Shown here in pieces: positions 63,001-64,000 of a stretch of 64,000 nucleotides of DNA. The position numbers were made by a program, and so were the translations under genes. The notes beneath the pieces are model-generated. The model was not told where the DNA came from. It saw only the letters and a list, made by a program, of their open reading frames with translations, and made no database searches. Origin of the DNA: Octopus bimaculoides (taxonomy: Eukaryota); the NCBI RefSeq assembly GCF_001194135.2, contig NC_069002.1:14997559-15061558 (forward strand), given 5' to 3'. How positions within the stretch are numbered: the first letter of the stretch is position 1; each line of letters starts with the position of its first letter.

Positions 63001-63964
63001 TCAGTCAATGGCCTGATTTGACATTGCAAATTAAAAGGCTACCTCACTCTCTAGAACTGGTATCAGAGAAAAATGGCACCCAGTGCACTCTGTAATGTGG
63101 TTGGCTCTAGAATAGGTATCAAGCCATAGAATCTATACCAAAAGTGTTACACTAGAGCAAGATGTAGTCCTCCAGTCTGTTGAATCCAGTTTAGATGTCT
63201 GACCAATGGCAGCATGGAAAGCAGACATAAAAGGGATGATGATAGTGATGATGATGATAATGATGATGGCATATGGGCATCAGACTATAAGAAATGACAA
63301 AGATGAAGAAGAGAGAGAAAGAATTTACCAAAATTGAGGCCATTTTCAAGGATGAATTTCTGTGTAATTCCAACGTAAGTCCATCCTTCAATAGCAATAT
63401 TAGCAGGAAATTTTCGACTGAAATGGCCACCAATAATTAAATTTTGTGAATTTATAGCCCTCGTGGAAACTCGGTCAATATATTTGGTTTTATGTTCTAC
63501 TTGTTTGTCATCAAAATAGAGATAAAGACCAGATTTCTCACTCCAGCTAAATAATACTTTGAAGAATTTTTTCACTGGAAACATTTTGGTTTTTATTGTC
63601 CACTGCTTGGTACTTGTACTGAGTGTGAGGAACAAAAATCCCTTGGAGATATACATGCTAACCCCATTAGATGTTGGTTCAGTTCCACCGTTTCCAAAAA
63701 TGAACATGCCTTCTGTAACATTGAAAATGAATAAGTTGAAATGAACTGTCATTCCAAGTGGACATTGATCCAAAGAACTGAAGCATGGAAGATTTCTGCC
63801 CATGTCAATGAAATTATCGATTCCATTCAGTACAACTGCGTTTCCTTTGTAGGGACCTTTCTTCAATTTGACAGTGCCAAATGCTTTAAGTTTTCCATTC
63901 AAAGTTATGAGATTATCACCTTCAATTCTTAGAATAGAGTAATGCCTCACAATAATGTCTTGGT
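424..63964 (-). CDS. Giant multi-exon gene (partial at both ends): VWDE-like extracellular protein of tandem LamG-Ig-VWD-EGF supermodules (A 63964-36686, B 34249-7706, C 6393-424 and beyond)
   Basis: 38 manually spliced exons, all GT..AG, all phases compatible, no in-frame stop. Module A = 3057 nt (1019 codons), B = 3078 nt (1026 codons), C partial = 1459 nt. VWD motifs (C-x-S-x-NDPH-x-TTFD, GEFxxYRH, GLCGxFD), EGF (CPxxCNxxGxC/CxCxxxFxGxDCS), LamG_3/pentraxin-like (CxxDPxxCxxG-S-SF, FSW). Confidence 0.9.
855..1653 (+). mobile_element. 5'-truncated mariner (D,D34D) transposon relic with right TIR
   Basis: [33 protein letters not shown]...[16 protein letters not shown] (34 residues between the last two D); three in-frame TAA stops; TIR-like CATTATTTATGGGATGACCCAA followed by TA at 1652-1653. 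Confidence 0.92.
1907..2329 (-). CDS. Exon C4 (423 nt)
   Basis: [11 protein letters not shown]...PPRLFC...VQAVF...[13 protein letters not shown]...LDKVK; AG/GTGAGT. Confidence 0.92.
3490..3582 (-). CDS. Exon C3 (93 nt)
   Basis: [31 protein letters not shown]; AG/GTAAGC. Confidence 0.9.
4346..4741 (-). mobile_element. SINE family B (tRNA head, CORE-like body, internal (TA)n)
   Basis: Reverse complement of the copy at 59832-60258; cut by an N-gap. Confidence 0.9.
4897..5169 (+). mobile_element. SINE family B, 3' part
   Basis: TAGACGGAAACTGAAAGAAGCCCGTCG...AAGTAAAAGAGTAAAAGAG. Confidence 0.9.
5330..5553 (-). CDS. Exon C2 (224 nt): Ig-like
   Basis: [13 protein letters not shown]...FTCNYT...YTIQWFFN...IRYGSQ; AG/GTCAGT. 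Confidence 0.88.
5752..6393 (-). CDS. Exon C1 (642 nt): LamG/pentraxin-like
   Basis: [24 protein letters not shown]...[17 protein letters not shown]...[10 protein letters not shown]...LEFVI; AG/GTAAGT. Confidence 0.92.
7706..7820 (-). CDS. Exon B16 (115 nt)
   Basis: [38 protein letters not shown]; AG/GTAAGT. Confidence 0.9.
7903..8287 (-). mobile_element. SINE family A (tRNA-derived, (CAA)n tail), full length
   Basis: A box TGGCCCAGTGG, B box GGTTTCGATTCCC; flanking direct repeat ACTACCTGTTATAT (7889-7902 and 8288-8301). Confidence 0.93.
8855..9058 (-). CDS. Exon B15 (204 nt)
   Basis: [24 protein letters not shown]...VSLSNTG...[17 protein letters not shown]; AG/GTAAGT. Confidence 0.9.
9715..10045 (+). 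mobile_element. LINE apurinic endonuclease fragment (L1/Tx1-like), degraded
   Basis: [20 protein letters not shown]...SETRL...[26 protein letters not shown]...VYA resembles APE N-terminal motifs. Confidence 0.65.
10060..10388 (-). mobile_element. SINE family D (tRNA head, CORE-like GTGTTGTGTTCTTGAGCAAGACACTTTATTTCAC); related copies at 15325-15655, 19020-19342, 39470-40157 (split), 54715-54830
   Basis: Mutual similarity of copies; A/B boxes on minus strand. Confidence 0.8.
10437..10615 (-). CDS. Exon B14 (179 nt): EGF end
   Basis: [22 protein letters not shown]...[20 protein letters not shown]; AG/GTAAGT. Confidence 0.92.
11480..12048 (-). mobile_element. Repeat family C (RTE-associated SINE/LINE-like, (GAT)n tail); other copies at 24563-24910, 30940-31165, 39767-40073, 49690-50035, 58955-59150, 62250-62345
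   Basis: Shared GGTTGGCGTTAGGAAGGGCATCCAGCTGTAGAAACTCTGCC core and GCGGACGTTAAACGATGATGAT tail. Confidence 0.8.
12312..12492 (-). CDS. Exon B13 (181 nt): EGF start
   Basis: [19 protein letters not shown]...[14 protein letters not shown](G); AG/GTGAGG. Confidence 0.93.
12677..13119 (+). mobile_element. SINE family B, full length (N-gap in internal TA tract)
   Basis: TAGGCACAGGAGTGGTTGTGTGGTAAG head; colinear with other copies. Confidence 0.9.
13719..13874 (-). CDS. Exon B12 (156 nt)
   Basis: [34 protein letters not shown]...SCVEDIK; AG/GTAAGT. Confidence 0.93.
13967..14697 (+). repeat. 28-bp minisatellite, about 26 units, alternating variants GAGAGGTTAAGAGAGTGGGATTAACAGT / GAGGGGATAAGAGAATGGGATTAACAGT
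   Basis: Direct reading; two 10-N gaps inside, so copy number is uncertain. Confidence 0.95.
15097..15192 (+). repeat. 24-bp tandem repeat x4 (GATAGAGTAGAAAGAGAAAGAAGT)
   Basis: Direct reading. Confidence 0.9.
15765..15871 (-). CDS. Exon B11 (107 nt)
   Basis: [36 protein letters not shown]; AG/GTAAGT. Confidence 0.87.
16416..16737 (+). mobile_element. SINE with family-A head and V-domain-like body
   Basis: Family-A sequence to about 16610, then GCGATGGACTGGCGTCCCGTCCAG; flanking direct repeat TTTCTAACAAAGA (16402-16414 and 16738-16750). Confidence 0.85.
17732..17928 (-). CDS. Exon B10 (197 nt)
   Basis: [13 protein letters not shown]...[28 protein letters not shown]...GRGK; AG/GTAAAT. Confidence 0.9.
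19568..19676 (-). CDS. Exon B9 (109 nt): VWD end
   Basis: [36 protein letters not shown](R); AG/GTAAGA. Confidence 0.93.
19875..20328 (+). mobile_element. SINE family B, full length; older or partial copies at 21115-21425(-), 23165-23560(-), 33465-33655(+), 35200-35645(-), 42825-43160(-), 46900-47680(+, split)
   Basis: Colinear with 59832-60258. Confidence 0.88.
21629..21743 (-). CDS. Exon B8 (115 nt): VWD
   Basis: [38 protein letters not shown](G); AG/GTAAAG. Confidence 0.92.
22687..22899 (-). CDS. Exon B7 (213 nt): VWD
   Basis: [33 protein letters not shown]...[17 protein letters not shown]; AG/GTACGG. Confidence 0.93.
26044..26107 (-). CDS. Exon B6 (64 nt): VWD
   Basis: [21 protein letters not shown]; AG/GTAATT. 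Confidence 0.93.
26426..26502 (-). CDS. Exon B5 (77 nt): VWD start
   Basis: [25 protein letters not shown]; AG/GTAAGA. Confidence 0.93.
26668..26955 (+). repeat. About 290-bp (GAA)/(GAG)/(GGA) polypurine tract
   Basis: Almost purely purine on + strand; begins 10 nt from the exon B4 donor. Confidence 0.95.
26965..27369 (-). CDS. Exon B4 (405 nt)
   Basis: [11 protein letters not shown]...PPRLLC...SQALFG...[13 protein letters not shown]...LGKVD; AG/GTAAGT; an alternative in-frame acceptor exists at 27438. Confidence 0.88.
27661..28040 (+). mobile_element. SINE family A, full length
   Basis: Imperfect direct repeat ACCCCTGATCGAGT / ACCCCTGATTGAAT. Confidence 0.92.
28929..29021 (-). CDS. Exon B3 (93 nt)
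   Basis: [31 protein letters not shown]; AG/GTAAGT. Confidence 0.88.
29341..29673. mobile_element. hAT (Charlie-like) non-autonomous element; related end at 49194
   Basis: Termini CAGAGGTTCTCAA ... TTGAGAACCACTG; no 8-bp TSD recognisable. Confidence 0.6.
31184..31416 (-). CDS. Exon B2 (233 nt): Ig-like
   Basis: [13 protein letters not shown]...ASCQFKP...YILLWKLD...FQFGSK; AG/GTAAGG. Confidence 0.88.
32540..32861 (-). CDS. Exon B1b (322 nt): LamG second half
   Basis: [13 protein letters not shown]...[15 protein letters not shown]...IFFG...EYLKLDT; AG/GTAAGA. Confidence 0.9.
33942..34249 (-). CDS. Exon B1a (308 nt): LamG first half
   Basis: [23 protein letters not shown]...[21 protein letters not shown]...GQGVK; AG/GTAAAT. 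Confidence 0.9.
36386..36592 (+). mobile_element. Meta-domain-type SINE; others at 36845-37050(+), 34918-35035(-), 62031-62236(-)
   Basis: Core ACTTTGCCTTTCATCCTTTCGGGGTCAATAAATTAAATACCAG resembles the MetaSINE/Sauria-SINE core. Confidence 0.7.
36686..36800 (-). CDS. Exon A16 (115 nt): Cys-rich module end
   Basis: [38 protein letters not shown]; AG/GTTAGA; same size as B16. Confidence 0.85.
37091..37481 (+). mobile_element. SINE family A, full length
   Basis: TSD ATTCCTGTTATTC (37078-37090 and 37482-37494). Confidence 0.93.
37865..38047 (-). CDS. Exon A15 (183 nt)
   Basis: [18 protein letters not shown]...ISISNNG...[17 protein letters not shown]; AG/GTAAAT. Confidence 0.92.
38999..39186 (-). 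CDS. Exon A14 (188 nt): EGF end and beta-sandwich start
   Basis: [15 protein letters not shown]...[33 protein letters not shown]; AG/GTAAGT. Confidence 0.92.
40309..40498 (-). CDS. Exon A13 (190 nt): EGF start
   Basis: [19 protein letters not shown]...[14 protein letters not shown](G); AG/GTAATT. Confidence 0.92.
40680..41051 (-). mobile_element. SINE family A, full length
   Basis: TSD TGTTAGTATACATGT (40665-40679 and 41052-41066). Confidence 0.93.
41523..41691. mobile_element. Tc1-type MITE
   Basis: TA-CAGTCATGGCCAAAAGTTTGGAAC ... GTTCCAAACTTTTGACCAAG-TA. Confidence 0.6.
41858..42016 (-). CDS. Exon A12 (159 nt): WPT motif, helical/C8-like
   Basis: [20 protein letters not shown]...ACLD...SCVTDIQ; AG/GTGAGG. 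Confidence 0.92.
42330..42810 (+). mobile_element. Non-LTR retrotransposon C-terminal fragment (CCHC knuckle and RLE; R4/Dong-like), frameshifted
   Basis: [18 protein letters not shown]...RRHHKVA; [11 protein letters not shown]...RPDIV; [19 protein letters not shown]. Confidence 0.8.
43267..43379 (-). CDS. Exon A11 (113 nt)
   Basis: [38 protein letters not shown]; AG/GTAAGT; homologous to B11. Confidence 0.85.
44086..44470 (-). mobile_element. SINE family A, full length
   Basis: TSD CCTAAAGGTAG (44075-44085 and 44471-44481). Confidence 0.93.
46517..46686 (-). CDS. Exon A10 (170 nt)
   Basis: [13 protein letters not shown]...[34 protein letters not shown]; AG/GTAAAA. Confidence 0.88.
47288..47336 (+). 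ncRNA. Degenerate Penelope-type minimal type-I hammerhead
   Basis: GTCT-CCGATGA-AGGGA(loop)TCCCT-GAAG-CAGCTG-T-A-AGAC; two core substitutions. Confidence 0.55.
48111..48517 (-). mobile_element. SINE family B, full length
   Basis: Reverse complement of 59832-60258. Confidence 0.9.
48646..48754 (-). CDS. Exon A9 (109 nt): VWD end
   Basis: [36 protein letters not shown](R); AG/GTAATT. Confidence 0.93.
50793..50904 (-). CDS. Exon A8 (112 nt): VWD
   Basis: [37 protein letters not shown](G); AG/GTAAGT. Confidence 0.92.
51191..51584 (+). mobile_element. SINE family A, full length
   Basis: Direct repeat ATGGAAAAAG (51177-51186 and 51585-51594). Confidence 0.92.
52460..52666 (-). CDS. Exon A7 (207 nt): VWD
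   Basis: [33 protein letters not shown]...[17 protein letters not shown]; AG/GTATGG. Confidence 0.92.
53402..53465 (-). CDS. Exon A6 (64 nt): VWD
   Basis: [21 protein letters not shown]; AG/GTAAGT. Confidence 0.92.
54062..54107 (+). ncRNA. Penelope-type minimal type-I hammerhead ribozyme within a pLTR-like fragment (about 53985-54190)
   Basis: AACAC-CTGATGA-A-GGCTG(GAGGGTATAT)CAGCC-GAAA-CA-T-T-GTGTT: intact core boxes, 5-bp stems I and II. Confidence 0.75.
54465..54541 (-). CDS. Exon A5 (77 nt): VWD start
   Basis: [25 protein letters not shown]; AG/GTAAAA. Confidence 0.92.
55730..56490 (+). mobile_element. 5'-truncated RLE-type non-LTR retrotransposon (HERO/NeSL-like): open C-terminal ORF and 3'UTR
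   Basis: KPDILMW...[11 protein letters not shown]...RKMDRY...[16 protein letters not shown]...ASHWIWLKR; stop at 56239; no internal stops. Confidence 0.85.
56892..57282 (-). mobile_element. SINE family A, full length
   Basis: TSD TCTTTGAAACT (56881-56891 and 57283-57293). Confidence 0.93.
57393..57806 (-). CDS. Exon A4 (414 nt): Cys-rich VWDE-type segment
   Basis: [11 protein letters not shown]...PPYLLC...QAVFG...[13 protein letters not shown]...LGSVD; AG/GTAAGT. Confidence 0.92.
57963..58244. mobile_element. 282-bp MITE with 76-bp TIRs (Merlin-like termini)
   Basis: GGCGATCTTTCGGTACTAGTCCGCC... versus ...GGCGGACTAGTATCGAAAGGTCGCC, about 5 mismatches in 76 bp; flanks GGTTTCTC / AGTTTCTC. 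Confidence 0.85.
58480..58840 (-). mobile_element. Mariner 5' fragment (TIR and N-terminal HTH); TIR-like remnant of similar sequence at about 22153-22220
   Basis: TA-TGAGGTGGTATTGAAAAGTTCCCTGACT; [22 protein letters not shown]...[11 protein letters not shown] with stops and a frameshift. Confidence 0.75.
59487..59579 (-). CDS. Exon A3 (93 nt)
   Basis: [31 protein letters not shown]; AG/GTAAGT; same size as B3, C3. Confidence 0.9.
59832..60258 (+). mobile_element. SINE family B, full-length reference copy
   Basis: tRNA-like head, CCTTGGGTAAGT CORE-like segment, internal (TA)n(TG)n, AAGTAAAAGAG tail. Confidence 0.92.
60454..60841 (-). mobile_element. SINE family A, full length
   Basis: TSD CAATAGTAGTAT (60442-60453 and 60842-60853). 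Confidence 0.93.
61051..61277 (-). CDS. Exon A2 (227 nt): Ig-like first half
   Basis: [13 protein letters not shown]...FRCSFKY...YTVTWYID...LTYGSK; AG/GTGAGA; homologous to B2, C2. Confidence 0.88.
62031..62236 (-). mobile_element. Young Meta-type SINE with poly(A) tail and a small core deletion
   Basis: Direct repeat CCTTTTGTTTTCT (62018-62030 and 62236-62248). Confidence 0.8.
62565..62701 (+). mobile_element. Chimeric SINE: family-B head fused to family-A 3' end
   Basis: TAGGCGCAGGAGTGGCTGTGTGGTAAG followed by TGTCTGTGGAGTGCTCAGCC...GAGTGCCAACAACAAC. Confidence 0.8.
63329..63964 (-). CDS. Exon A1 (636 nt, phase 1-1): LamG/pentraxin-like domain
   Basis: ttctgctttcAG acceptor, GTAAAT donor; [24 protein letters not shown]...[16 protein letters not shown]...[16 protein letters not shown]...NGLNF. 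Confidence 0.9.
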
Positions 63965-64000
63965 CTGAAAGCAGAACAACATAACTAATTAGTTATAACT

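Overview
AT-rich eukaryotic genomic DNA, most likely a coleoid cephalopod (octopus). The species call is an inference from the SINE and microsatellite landscape; N-gaps sit mostly at (TA)n tracts. One very large minus-strand gene spans the window and runs off both ends. I resolved 38 GT-AG exons (7,594 nt, about 2,530 aa) that splice into one open frame. They encode a roughly 1,020-aa supermodule: LamG/pentraxin-like, Ig-like, Cys-rich VWDE-type segment, VWD (NDPH motif), helical/C8-like, EGF, beta-sandwich and a Cys-rich tail. The supermodule occurs twice in full and begins a third time, with conserved exon sizes and phases. Introns hold at least four tRNA/LINE-related SINE families that swap heads and tails, mariner, Tc1, hAT and Merlin-like DNA elements, and APE- and RLE-type LINE fragments. 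They also hold a 28-bp minisatellite and two Penelope-type minimal hammerhead ribozyme motifs. Most ORFs in the supplied track are artefacts of microsatellites, SINEs or N-gaps.
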